A stretch of 64,000 nucleotides of DNA from Octopus vulgaris. Lineage: Eukaryota. The position numbers and the translations under genes were made by a program. The notes under the pieces were generated by a model that ran no database searches, was not told the origin of the DNA, and was given only the letters and a program-made list of their open reading frames with translations. Below, piece after piece: positions 28,680 through 40,486 of the stretch. Each line of letters starts with the position of its first letter. Within the stretch, counting starts at the first letter, position 1. The stretch is taken from assembly GCA_951406725.2 (NCBI GenBank), contig OX597834.1:1612001-1676000 (forward strand), read 5' to 3'.

Positions 28680-28940
28680 ACTTTTTTGTAAAGCCTGGTA
28701 CTTATTCTGTCGGCCTCTAATGCCGAACCGCTAAGTTACGGGAACATAAAGACAACCAGCGGAGGTCTTGGACAAACAGACATGCGGACACACACACACA
28801 TTCAGTTTCCTTCTATCGATTCCATTCACAAGGCTTTGGTCGATCTAAGGCTACAGTAGATGATATTTGTCCAAGGTGCCACGCATTGGGATTGAACATG
28901 GAACCATGTGGTCGGGAAGCAAACTGCTTACCACACAGCC
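28680..28940 (-). mobile_element. SINE family B, degraded
   Basis: GCCGAACCGCTAAGTTACGGG, internal (CA)n, CACAAGGCTTTGGTCG, CCAAGGTGCCACGCA.TGGGA.TGAAC, CTTACCACACAGCC. Confidence 0.8.
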
Positions 28941-29635
28941 TCCATACAACAAACGTTATTTTCTTAACAATTTCATATTTTTTCTCTCCCTTTGCTCTGT
29001 TTGCTCGGAATTTTAGTGAAATTTATTCTGCGATGTTTCTCGGGGCCGTTGCTCTCTCACTCATGACCAGCGATGTGCTGTGCCTACAGTTCAAACATAG
29101 AATCCAACGACCACGTTCGCCAAAGGAAGGTTCCGCGTTCTAGTATAGTTCACTGTACTGTGTCCATGACCAAGGTACTTCACTGTCAACAGTCCATCGT
29201 GGTACCTACTTACAGCCAGGCAGACTGTACTAAGGCTGGTGCATTTCTCTATAAATTTCTCACTGATTATTCATCAATACCTCGAGGTCTTCTCTCCCGA
29301 TTTTTAATGATTATTGACCAATTGATCAATACATGATTATTGATTATGTATCGGGGAAGAAGGGGTGATTAGAATAATCGATATAAGTTTCTTCGTGCGT
29401 CAATGCGCCAAAGTATACGTAATGTGTGTGTGTAATGATCTATGTGTGTGTATGGTCTATGTGTTTATGTGAGGTGCGTGTGTGTGCGCGCGTGCACGCA
29501 TGCTTGACGTGTGTGTGTGTGTGCATTGTCTTTGTGTGTCTGTCATTTATGTATGTGCGCCGGTGTGGGCGCACGCGTGTGTGTATATGTGTGTCTCCTA
29601 ACAACAACAACAACAACAACACTGTACGTCTATTA

Positions 29636-30035
29636 AATCTTTTCTACTCTAGGCACAAGGCCCGAGATTTTGGAGGAGAGGCCAGTCGATTAGATCGACC
29701 CCAGTACGCAACTGATACTTAATTTATCGACCCCGAAAGGATGAAAGGCGAATTCGACCTCGGCAGAATTTGAACTCAGAACGCAAGGACAGACGAAATA
29801 CCTATTTCTTTACTACCCACAAGGGGCTAAACACAGAAGGAACAAACAAGGACAGACAAACGAATTAAGTCGGTTATATCGACCCCAGTGCGTAACTGGT
29901 ACTTAATTTATCGACCCCGAAAGGATGAAAGGCAAAGTCGACCTCGGCGGAATTTGAACTCAGAACGTAGCGGCAGACGAAATACCGCTAAGCGTTTCGT
30001 CCGGTGTGCTAACGTTTCGGCCAGCTCGTCGCTTT
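29636..30035 (-). mobile_element. Two tandem SINE family A copies (partial 29636-29800; full 29801-30035) with different 3' tails
   Basis: Duplicated core ATCGACCCCAGT.CG.AACTG.TACTTAATTTATCGACCCCGAAAGGATGAAAGGC...TTTGAACTCAGAACG. Confidence 0.9.
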
Positions 30036-31048
30036 ACTCTATTAATAACAACAAAACTCTCTAGTAACAAATTTTGCCCCATTCTGTGGATTCTGGCCAG
30101 ACTGAGAATCTGTTGAAGAATTTCTCCAAGACCTCTCGGATGGAAGAGAACCAGAGAAAGGGGAGGATGCGGGATAAATGTGAAGGAGGGTGAATATAGG
30201 GAGGAGGAGGTGGACCATGCGTCGAGGGAGGAGGTAATGAAGACCATTTAGGACAGAATGAGAAAGTCTTTGAGAATCTAATAACTTCTGTCATTCCAGG
30301 AATGGAAACATGGTGGGAGGTGCGTGTTGATATATCTGTTTTCTGTGTGGGGGGTGTATATGTGTGTTTGTATATGTGTGTTTGTATATGTGTGTGTGTG
30401 TGTGTTTGTGCATGTGTGTGTGCGCGTATTTGTGTATGTGTGAGTGCCAAGTTGCGTGTATGTCCGAGTCTGTGTGGTCTTTGTGTAAATGAGTTTGCGT
30501 ATGAATTACGTGTGGAGTGGGTGGAAGGAGGAGGAGAGGGGGGACGATGATGGTCATGGTCATGATCATGAGGATCATGCTTACCATGATAAGCATCATG
30601 ATGACGATGATGATGATTATGCTAGGGCACAGCGTCCTGTTCACCAATGCAACAAATTACCATTCTATACACATACGCACACAAATACACACAAACATAC
30701 ACACCCATGCACACACAAACACGCACACAGACGCGCGTGCGCACTGGTCAGTCAGCCACATATCAAGATGTCGTCCGGTTGGATCAAAACCTATAAAACA
30801 TCTCTGGTTTTCTTCTAATTTATTAACCCTTGTCATGTCTCTCATTCCTCATTCGTCCGTTCAATCCATTTCCCCTCCTTCATTCATTCCTCCCAATCTC
30901 TCCCTCTCTTTCATATTCCTTCATTTAAACGCATTATTTCTTTTATTCCAACAGATTTCCATTTTTCTTGGAACATTGCATGGAAACTTCTTGTTAAACT
31001 AAAGATTTCCACTGTTATTTCTTTCAATTTGTCGGCATCTTGTATTAT

Positions 31049-31104
<56 letters not shown>

Positions 31105-31121
31105 TGTGTTATTATTATTAT

Positions 31122-31515
31122 TTTCTTTGCATGGCTTCTAACTGTACTACGGTGTCAGCTGTTCACAACCAGTGAACTAAGGTAACACCTCTTATTTTCC
31201 GGCCACTTTCCGGAGTATTCGAGCGATCCCAGGCAGTGCTGTTTTCTGCAAGTGCTCCACCCTTACTGCAGCCCCTATTTGCTCCATGTACTTCTCAGGG
31301 CTCCGACAATCATTGGTACTACTACCACCTTTTCCATCGACCACAACTGCTTAACCTCCCAAGCTAACCTGTCATATCTCTCGACTTTTCTTTCTTCCTT
31401 ATCGCATACCTTGTTGTCAACCGGGCATTCTATATCTATGATCCGGCATAGTTTGCTTTCTTTCTCAATTAAGACTGTGTCCAGCTTCCTATTCTCTATC
31501 TCACGGTCGCACCAG
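31122..31515 (-). pseudogene. 5'-truncated RLE-type LINE 3' end with (TAA)n tail
   Basis: Minus strand: DREIENRKLDTVLIEK, IIDIECPVDNKVCDKEERKVERYDRLAWEVKQLW, VVPMIVGAL, LQKTALPGIARILRKV. Confidence 0.87.
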
Positions 31516-31936
31516 CTCGCTTCATGAACTTTTGCCTAGTATACTCTTTGATAACTTGTTTAGATTCACTATATTTTAAACAAACTGCACGATGGGTCTG
31601 TTATTAACCAATTTAGTAGAACTGATATTCCCTACATCTTAAAGTCAAGACATTCAAGCCGTTTTAATAATTAATAAAATAAAGAGAACCTTGATGACAT
31701 TTTTGGACAGGCGCTGATCACATATGTGATGTCTAGTAGAGAAATGAGACATAATCGACCATTTCTGTTCCATCTTGAGGCTCCAAGAGTCTCGGTGTCT
31801 CTTTTGTTTATACGCCATTTTGTAGCAATCTTCGGTGTTGGCGGTGGAGATGGAAGTGTGGGTGCTGGTGTTGTTATTGTTGCTGGTAGTGGTGGTGGAG
31901 GTAGTGGCGGTGACGACTCCAGCGGCAACGGTGGTA

Positions 31937-32140
31937 AGGCGGCGGCGAGCTGGCAGAGTGGTTAGCACGCCGGGCATTTCGTCCGTCTTTACGTTCTGAG
32001 TTCAAATTCCGAGAGGACGACTTTGCCTTTTATCCTTTCAGGATCGATAAATTAAGTACCAGTTACGTACTGGGATCGCTCTAATCGACCAGTCCCTTTC
32101 CGCAAAATTTCAGGCCTTGTGCCTAGAGTAGAAAGGATTA
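31937..32140 (+). mobile_element. SINE family A, near full length
   Basis: GGCGGCGAGCTGGCAGAGTGGTTAGC (A box), GAGTTCAAATTCC (B box), core, and tail GGCCTTGTGCCTAGAGTAGAAA. Confidence 0.92.
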
Positions 32141-32253
32141 ATATTATTAGTAATTTTCATGTTACTATTGTTGTTGTCGCTGATGTTGTAGTTGTTGTTG
32201 TTATTGTTGTTGTTATTGGTGGTGGTGGTGATGTTTTTGTTGTCGCTAATGCT

Positions 32254-32539
32254 TAAAAGACTCCGCCGGTTACGACGACGAGGGTCCCAGCTGATACGAT
32301 CAATTGACACAGTTGTTGTTGTTCATCTCGTGGTTATTGCCTTCGCCGTTGTTGTTGTTGTTGATGATGATGACGGCTGACCCTTTGAAATACAAGTACA
32401 ACTCATTTTTGCCAGCTGAGTGGACTGGAGCAACGTGAAATAAAGTGTCTTGCTCAAGGACACAACGCGTCGCCGGGAATCGAACTCACAACCTTACGAT
32501 CATGAGCCGAATGCCCTAACCACTAAGCCACGCGCCCTC
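32254..32539 (-). mobile_element. SINE family C with 13-bp TSD and an internal 74-bp copy of flanking DNA
   Basis: A box GTGGCTTAGTGG, B box GAGTTCGATTCC, core GTGTCCTTGAGCAAGACAC..TTGCTCCAGTCCACTCAGCTG; TGTCGCTAATGCT at 32241-32253 and 32540-32552. Confidence 0.88.
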
Positions 32540-32828
32540 TGTCGCTAATGCTAATGTGTTTGTTATTGACACAGTTGTTGTTGTTCATCTCGTGGTTATT
32601 GCCTTCGCCGTTGTTGTTGTTGTTGATGATGATGACGGTTCTTGTTGTTATTGTTAATCCCTCAACCACCAACACATAACTCCCCACCCCCATCACCCCA
32701 CCCCCACCAACTAATTATCAACAATCCTCTCAAACACACAAACATTTCTAAATCCATTTTGTATCACAATTATAGTTTCGCAAAGTGGACAATTTTTCTT
32801 ATCTACCACCACCACTACTACTACCATC

Positions 32829-32913
<85 letters not shown>

Positions 32914-33089
32914 ATGATGATGATGATGATAATAATAATAACATCGTCAGTATTGTCAAAGTAATGCCAAATGCCCAATTAATTATATAAGATATTTTAT
33001 AAGCTGTCTTCCACTCTTCGCTCTCTCTTCTTCTCTCTTCCCTACACACACACCCACACACAGCGACAGACAGACAGACGGACAGACAC

Positions 33090-33152
<63 letters not shown>

Positions 33153-33180
33153 TGGGTATAAATACATGCATGTATGTGAT

Positions 33181-33235
<55 letters not shown>

Positions 33236-33243
33236 ATCTATAA

Positions 33244-33291
<48 letters not shown>

Positions 33292-33699
33292 TCTCTCTCG
33301 TCTTCTGATTTCGCTCGTCTCTCCCTCCACCTCCATCCTCTGCTATCTCCCCACCCCCTCCACCTCTGCAAATATTGCAACCAAAACATGTTTTGCTGTC
33401 ATTTAAAGAAATTTCCTGCGGAAAACGGCCAAATTCCATTAATTGCTTCACAAACACACAAACACCGGAAACGATCATTATTATTACCGTCGTCGTCGTC
33501 GTCATCATCTTCATATCATCATCATCATCATCATCATCATTATCATCATCACTGTGCTTCCAACAGTTTCTGCTGCATCAGCAGGTGCACAAGTGCCATC
33601 TTGTGTTGCACCGTTATCCGCTGACGATGAGCAACTGTAGATTCCTTTCAGGTTGTTGTGATAAGGTTTTGCTCGATAGATAAAGCGATTTCGGAGAAA

Positions 33700-33978
33700 G
33701 GAAACCAGCGGCACACGGAGACAGGTTCGGCAGGGAAATGGTGGAGCGAATTAGGGAAAGAGTACTGCAGAGGAAGACTTGGAAAAGCTGAGTAAGGATG
33801 GCCATTTTCTCTCTGTAGCCGATCAACAGCCATGATTTGGATGACAGGCATAAAAGAGAAAGGCAGAAGATCACTTGGTGGTGGGCATTTGGAGATCCTC
33901 TGCAGACATTACCAGAAATGGATATGAAAGAGTAGCAGCCGACCGAACCTGGGGGAGAAAGTTTACCGCTCAATGCAA
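33700..33978 (+). pseudogene. Degenerate RTE-like LINE 3' end
   Basis: Ends AADRTWGRKFTAQC, resembling RTE A.DR..WR.L.AQC. Confidence 0.4.
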
Positions 33979-33999
33979 TGAGCTGCGTAAAAGGGTCTA

Positions 34000-34320
34000 A
34001 AACTGAAAGAAAGCACAGAGGAGTTAGACTAATGACAAATAGGGGAGTGAACCCTAAAATTAGAATTAAGGTAGGGCCTACAACTACATTTGCCGTCCTA
34101 GTTATAAACTACAGTTTGAAAATACTAAACTGGTTGTTCAGTGAAATGAAGTGCATAGACAAAAACAAAGCAGATAACTAGAGTTTCAAAGCCACTAAGT
34201 GAAAGCTTATATAGGTAGAATATACCCGCCCTACACACACGAAGAGGTAGGGACATGCTACAAATAGGAAACTAGTACAAAAGAAGCATTAGCAAACATT
34301 AAAAAGTCGGCAAAAGAAAA
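34000..34320 (+). pseudogene. RLE-type (R4/Dong-like) LINE thumb-region relic
   Basis: VNPKIRIK..TTFAVLVINYSLKILNW..SEMKCIDK then RIY.P...RGRDMLQI, matching N.FA.PV..YSF.II.W...E...ID.K...RLY.PR..GGRGL. Confidence 0.65.
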
Positions 34321-34609
34321 CTGATTAACGTTGTAAGAAAACGTAAAGGAAAAAACTTTTTTTATGTTTAAGAAGGAAAATAGACATCAAAAGTTAATTA
34401 CTCTAAAATAATTGATTTTATATTAAAACAACAAAGCTTTTTGTTTTGTTTTTATTTTTCAAAGAGTTAGAAGGCAAAATGCGGCATAATCAATTATATT
34501 CTTAAAGTGATTCCAACCATGACCTTTGGGCGTATTACACATCTAAAACAGCATTATGCAAAGAGATCCCTCCTTGTGGGGGGGAGATTAGTATTAGTTG
34601 GTTTGAAGG

Positions 34610-34830
34610 ATGTGTTGTTGCTGTTTTTGTTTAACCCCAATTCAGCTCTCATCCAACATTCTTGTGACCACAAACATCCCCACCGTGACCACCACGGTTG
34701 TCTTTTGCTTTTTCGGGAACTGAATTCTATAAACCAATAAGTCCTTCCTTTATGTCTGAGAGAAGACTGTAATTTGGGGAGATTCTGCTACTATTTCTAG
34801 TAAGTTGAACGACACCGTACCAGCTCCCAA
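34610..34830 (-). repeat. Unclassified repeat family D, reverse copy
   Basis: TTGTTTAACCCCAA.TCAGC...CGTGACCA.C...CTGCTACTATTTCTAG is the reverse complement of the family D module. Confidence 0.6.
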
Positions 34831-35834
34831 CATAAAGGTTTATATAGTATCCAGTGGTGATTGTGTAAAGTATAGGCTGTAGTATTTAGTGGTGATTGTG
34901 TAGAATTTGCTCTGCGAGTTCATGTTATTCATCATTTTCTAAATTCTTTATTTTATTCAAAAAAAAAGGATAACCAAAATTATTATTTTCACAGAAGAGA
35001 AGAATTGTAAATTACAAGAATTGGATTAAATTCATTTTATATTTTTCTTGCTGATGTTGGTATTTTGTTGTTATTGTTGTTGTTGATGTTGTTGCTGTTT
35101 TCGTTGTTGAGATGCATTGTAAAAGTGAAAGTAACAACAACAATAACAACAATAACAACAAAAAATTGCATCTTTGAACGAAGGTGTCAATCGAGTCACA
35201 TGACATGTGAAAGTTAGATAATGGAAAAAAGCTGTTCTGTTCCTTGAATTTCATGAATGTCTTGTGTCATCACAGACAGGTAATTAAAATATATGCAAAT
35301 GTAAATTTACTCGTAGAATTCTTCGGTGGAAAAAAGAAGCAGCAGCACATAATGTATGTAAGAAATTGAGGCGAAGCCATTGACTGCTTCAAACAGCGAC
35401 TGGAATATATTAGCGCAGATAGTCTTTAAGGTTTACTAACAACGAGAAGCTTTCACACTTGTTAATACATTTTAATGCAGAGAACATCAGAACTGCAACA
35501 ACCAACTCTCACTTGTATCACATCTTCTATTTTAATTATTTGAAGTCTTTCCTGCGAGAAAGAAGCTGCTTCCTAACACACATACAAAGCTCCATTGCAA
35601 GTGTGTAGATAGCAAAAACAAAGTTACATTTTGAACTTCAGAAAACTCTTGCATAGTTTTACTGTTCCACTTATAAATTATATTTGAAATGCGCGAGTTA
35701 GTTGGTTGATTTCTTTTTCTGAAAGCCCTAGCTTATCCAGATTGTCACTTGGGCCGGTTATTATCGGTATAAATGGGAATTTACAACTTGGGCAGAGAAG
35801 CTGAAGGTTTCGAAACCGTTGTCCATAGTTAACC

Positions 35835-36790
35835 TTTTTCTCTTTGATTTTCAAAGATATTCACATCATCAGCAGGGTGGTTGACCCCTATAACAGTACA
35901 TACTTTATTGTTTTGTCTGTCTCAAACAACGATATTCGATCTGTTATGTTTGCGCTTGACAGATGTTTTGAAGGAATGTTCCACCAATATTCCTTGCATT
36001 GATGATTAAGTCTGTGTTTAAAGACGGATTCTCTGTAAGCATTTCAGGACAGTTTTTTTTTATCTTTTCGGGCTGCATTGTATAATTGTTTTAGCGACAT
36101 CCTTGATTATGTCATATTTCTGTGGAAGACATCAGACATGTGATTTACATAATCAACATTTTCGGTTGCATCTTCGGGCTCCAAGCGCTTCACTGTCGCT
36201 TTTGCTGTTTAGGTATTCCGGTGCAATCAACTGTTCCCCAATTGAAATTGCACAACCATTGAAGTGTAATGTGACGGAGCGCTTCAAGTCAATATTACTG
36301 TCTTCTTCAAGTTTTCGGGAAGCATACCCACATTTTGTTTTTTGCTTGGTAAACTGAGCGTTTCACATCCAGGTTTCTTTTAGGTCTGTTAGTCGACCTG
36401 TTTTAGGGTTGCAGAAGGGGCTGCTCCTTGAGAATCAAACTGCCAGCTCACAGGATATTGTTCTCTTCGCTTTTCTGCACGAAGACGTTTATATATTTAT
36501 TTTTGCTGCTGCTTTTGTGTAGAAAGTGCTGCCTAAGAGAGACTCTAAGACATTGAAAGGTTGACTGCATTGGTCTCAAGTCCCAGCTTCCATCATCTCA
36601 TCGTTATCACCGTTTCTGAGGAGGTTTCCTGCTGATGTCAGGGTCTTATCGGTATTAACATCTACGGATCGGATTTCCTCTACAGACCAGGCAAGTCTCC
36701 TAAATGGTGGCTCTAGGAGTGGGGGGGGGGCCGATTCTCCATGTTCAGCAATCAAATATAAAGATTTCTTTTGGCCAAATTCCATTCCTG
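35835..36790 (-). pseudogene. RLE-type LINE fragment (thumb, Zn-knuckle remnant, endonuclease)
   Basis: Minus strand: LAWSVEEIRSVDVNTDKTLTSAGN, CNRKC*LCK, KEYWWNIP..SVKRKHNRSNIVV*DR..VCTVI.V..PAD. Confidence 0.7.
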
Positions 36791-36804
36791 TCTTTTATCC
36801 TTTA

Positions 36805-36985
36805 TTTGTTTCATTTATTAGACCGCGGCCATGTTGGAGCACAGCCTTGAAGAGTTTTGGTCAAAGGCATCGAGCTCGGTGCTTATTTTTTCAAGTCTGG
36901 TACTTATTGCCGAGCCAAGTTACAGAGGACGTAAGCACACCAAGACCGGTTGTCAAGCAGTGGGGAGATTGACACAAGCATACCC
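36805..36985 (-). mobile_element. SINE family B 3' half
   Basis: GCGGCCATG.TGGAGCAC.GCCTT...TAAGCACACCAAGACCGGTTGTCAAGC. Confidence 0.75.
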
Positions 36986-37061
36986 ACACATACATACACA
37001 CGCACACACATATACACATATATATATAGATAGATAGATAGACATATATATATATTCACAT

Positions 37062-37122
<61 letters not shown>

Positions 37123-37164
37123 CATATACACACACATATGTATATATATATGTATATATACATA

Positions 37165-37548
37165 CTAGCAGTATCACCCGGTGTTGCTTGGGTTTGTTTC
37201 GACCCTTTAAAATTGGAATTATTGAAAAGTAAAAAAATTGCATTATGCAACTTGTTATTCTCTTCAAGTGAACATTTTTCCAGTTGAAATACGCTGAAAA
37301 ATGGTGACACAGCAGTCAAAAATCGTAAAAAATAGGGATTTTCATAGAAAAAAAGCACCTTTTTATGTAAATAATTTTTGGTGTTAACATGGTCCGATTT
37401 GAATTTTATCTTCTACAGCATGAAGAGCAAGCCTTCTTCTATCATACTCTCAATTTTGGTCAACTTGCGCTGCAGGGTCTCGAAGGAGATAAGGTTAGTT
37501 GAAGGCTACCAAACCTGCCACACAACTTCAGCTTTATATACATATAGA
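37165..37548 (-). mobile_element. Non-autonomous Helitron
   Basis: Minus strand starts A^TCTATATG.ATATAAAG and ends with hairpin CCCAAGCAACACCGGG then CTAG^T (CTAG at 37165-37168), the canonical TC...hairpin-CTRR in an AT target. Confidence 0.8.
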
Positions 37549-37597
37549 TTTGCTACACACTACTGTCCATCCTTAATAATGGAACTTGGTAGATCCA

Positions 37598-38241
37598 AAA
37601 GTTAAACACACAAACACACACACAGACACACAAGTTGAGTTTTATATATATAGATTCCTCAACGGGGATTTCAGGGGAGAGTTTCAGGGAGTCGCTGGTG
37701 ATGCACCGTGATGATCAAAAATCCGGCCTGCTAAAATTTGGTTAAAGTGATTCAAACTGCAGACTCAACGCAAAATGGTCACATTTAATTCAAAGCGTTA
37801 AAAATATTATGAAAACAATTGGTATGTGTTCACAAAGTCCAAAGTCCTCCAGGCTACATCCCGAAAATTCATTTCTTTGCCGAATTTCTACAATGTTTAC
37901 GGCGATTCGTTTTTATATCTTGATTTATTATTTTTCATATAATTTACGCATGCTTACACGCGTGGTGAACACAGTTCACGTCAAACAGCTAACTGAGTAA
38001 AGTTCACTATTCAATGCATGGGATAAGGCCTAAACAAACACATTATCGATTTTTGCACTTGCGAGATGAATTTCGGAACAGAAATAGCGCAGTTCAATTT
38101 TCATTCGCCTAAACTTTAAGTGACCCATTTTTGTGGTTCTACGATTTGCTGGCTAGGAGGAGATGTGCCGGGAAGTTAAACACACAGACACACACTCAGA
38201 TACACACACAGACACAGAAGTTGAGTTTTATATATAGAGAT
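37598..38241 (-). mobile_element. Two further Helitron-type 5' ends (at 37654 and 38240) with intervening element body
   Basis: AAGTTAAACACACA...AAGTTGAGTTTTATATATA(T/G)AGAT occurs at both 37600-37655 and 38173-38241. Confidence 0.6.
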
Positions 38242-38252
38242 ATGCATATATA

Positions 38253-38308
<56 letters not shown>

Positions 38309-38380
38309 CATAAACATACGCACATATATATATATATATATGTATGTATATATGCATATGTATATGTATGTATATATATG

Positions 38381-38417
<37 letters not shown>

Positions 38418-38469
38418 ATAGATTACTTTTTTGTCAAGGTAAAATCACCAAAAGAAACAGAACTGCATC

Positions 38470-38725
38470 TGGTGAGAGATAAATATCGTTTAGTGTACAG
38501 AAGTGCGTAGCTATAAGTTGTTAACAGTTTCATACATTAGAGACGTGGTCTACGCAAGTCTTTATAATGCGCCTAATGCTTCCAAGTAATCTTCAGGCTC
38601 TGATTACTTGGAGACACTAGGCGTGTTGTAAAAACCTGCCGAGACCACGTCCCATATCTCTAATGAATTAAACTATTAGCAATATACACATAGTGTGTAC
38701 ATTAAACGATATTTATCTCTCACCA
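38470..38725. repeat. ~255-bp imperfect fold-back inverted repeat
   Basis: TGGTGAGAGATAAATATCGTTTA pairs with TAAACGATATTTATCTCTCACCA; inner TCCAAGTAATC / GATTACTTGGA enclose a 10-nt loop. Confidence 0.9.
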
Positions 38726-39214
38726 AATAGAGAACATATATATGTTTTTTGTGGGGGCTTCTTTCAGTTTCCGTCCACCAAATCGACTTACAAAGCTTCC
38801 AACTATGTGGTTTGGAAACAAACTTGTTACCACACAGCCACGCCTGCGCCTAAGTCAGTTGAAAACGCGGTTATTAACTCCAGCTTATTTTGGGAGGTGT
38901 AAACACTTTTAGCAAAGATCTTCAGGTCATCCGCAAAGAAATTATAGGTTACGTTGGTAACTCTAACATTTGCAGAGCCTAGCATGAAGCCATTTGATTT
39001 TTATAGCAGAAATAATGGGGAATTTAAAGCCAAAATAAACAGAACGACAGAATATTCTCTTCGAAATATTTGTTGCATCAAAAACGATCGTTCGGTATTC
39101 AGTTATAAATGTGGGGAATGTTGAGGTCTCTGTGAGCCATTCATTGTCAACAACAAAGGTAGCAGGTACCTTTGCCAAGTGTAGAGACATCAGCAACCAT
39201 GATTGGGGAATATA

Positions 39215-39315
39215 TACTACCTCTGATACTACTGATAGGTGATACTCTGATACTCTGATACTACTGATACTCTGATACTCTGATACTACTGATACTCTGA
39301 TACTACTGATAGGTG
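39215..39315. repeat. Short (CTGATACT/CTGATACTA)n minisatellite
   Basis: Directly visible 8/9-bp units. Confidence 0.85.
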
Positions 39316-39628
39316 GCAAACAAGATAACTCAGGCAATATTTTTCAACACAGTATACTAGCACACTACACTGGCCTGCCGATGGTAACATATTTCTCCGA
39401 ACCCTTCGATTATTTTCATTCCTCTATTTGAAAAGGAGTATTATTCCCGAAATATTATAAGATTATAAAACAACCCAAATAAGGTAATACAACGGTTTAC
39501 GTCTTTTCTTTCACTCATTGACATCGCCTTACATTTTTTGCTTCGTAACCCATCCGTATTACTCGAAAATTTTGCTTCGTTTACACATATTGCACTGCTT
39601 CAAACAAATTATAGTACACTTATATACG

Positions 39629-39814
39629 GCCGTAGGAGTGGCTGTGTGGTAAGTAGCTTGCTTACCAGCTACATGGTTCCGGGTTCAGTCCCCCTGCGTG
39701 GAACCTTGGGCAAAGTGTCTTCTACTACAGCTTCAGGCCAACCAAAGCCTTGTGAGTAGATTTGGTAGACGGAAACTGAAAGAAGCCCGTCGTATACATG
39801 CATATATATGTATG

Positions 39815-39850
<36 letters not shown>

Positions 39851-40087
39851 TGTATGTATGTATGTATGTATGTATGTATGTATGTATGTGTGTGTTTGTG
39901 TGTCTGTGTTTGTCCCCCAACATCGATTTATAACCGATGCTGGTGTGTTTACGTCCCCGTAACTTAGCGATAGAATAAGTACTAGGCTTATAAAGAATAA
40001 GTCCTGGAGTTGATTTGCTCGACTAAAGGCGGTGCTCCAGCATGGCCGCAGTCAAATGACTGAAACAAGTAAAAGAGTAAAGAGTAT
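39629..40087 (+). mobile_element. SINE family B, full length, with internal (TATG)n
   Basis: AGGAGTGGCTGTGTGGTAAG (A box), GGGTTCAGTCCC (B box), CCTTGGGCAA CORE-like motif, microsatellite linker, 3' module ending (TAAAAGAG)2. Confidence 0.93.
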
Positions 40088-40149
40088 ACATATATGTATG
40101 TGTGTGTGTGCGCACGTGTATATATATAAATATAAATATATAAATATAA

Positions 40150-40180
<31 letters not shown>

Positions 40181-40366
40181 TACATGCATATAATATCGAT
40201 AAATGGAGGTTGTGAGTGGTAATGGTGTTAGTAAGACCCAAAGTTGGCAGGTAATGCTGTGAGTAAGTGCCATGGATGGACCATAGTTAAGCTCCAGTTC
40301 GGTGATTATACGAATAAAGAGTCCGACGTAGGTCATATATCAGCGTGTGTATATATGTATATATAT

Positions 40367-40486
40367 TTTTCAGAATGAGATAAAAAACCAAGGTAGTGAA
40401 GATTTTAAAATATTTATAAATAGAAGGTCTTACAGTTAATGTTTTAAAATCTTTACAGCCTTGGTTTTTTTATCTCATTCTGAAAA
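40367..40486. repeat. Fold-back inverted repeat within TA-rich repeat
   Basis: TTTTCAGAATGAGATAAAAAACCAAGG pairs with CCTTGGTTTTTTTATCTCATTCTGAAAA; inner AAGATTTTAAAA / TTTTAAAATCTT. Confidence 0.9.

Noticed and set aside
31937-32010. tRNA genes at SINE heads
   Set aside because: A/B boxes run into SINE cores and lack a complete cloverleaf.
35790-35830. GAAACCGTT with flanking TGGGC/GTCCA pairing
   Set aside because: The CUGANGA half of the core is absent.
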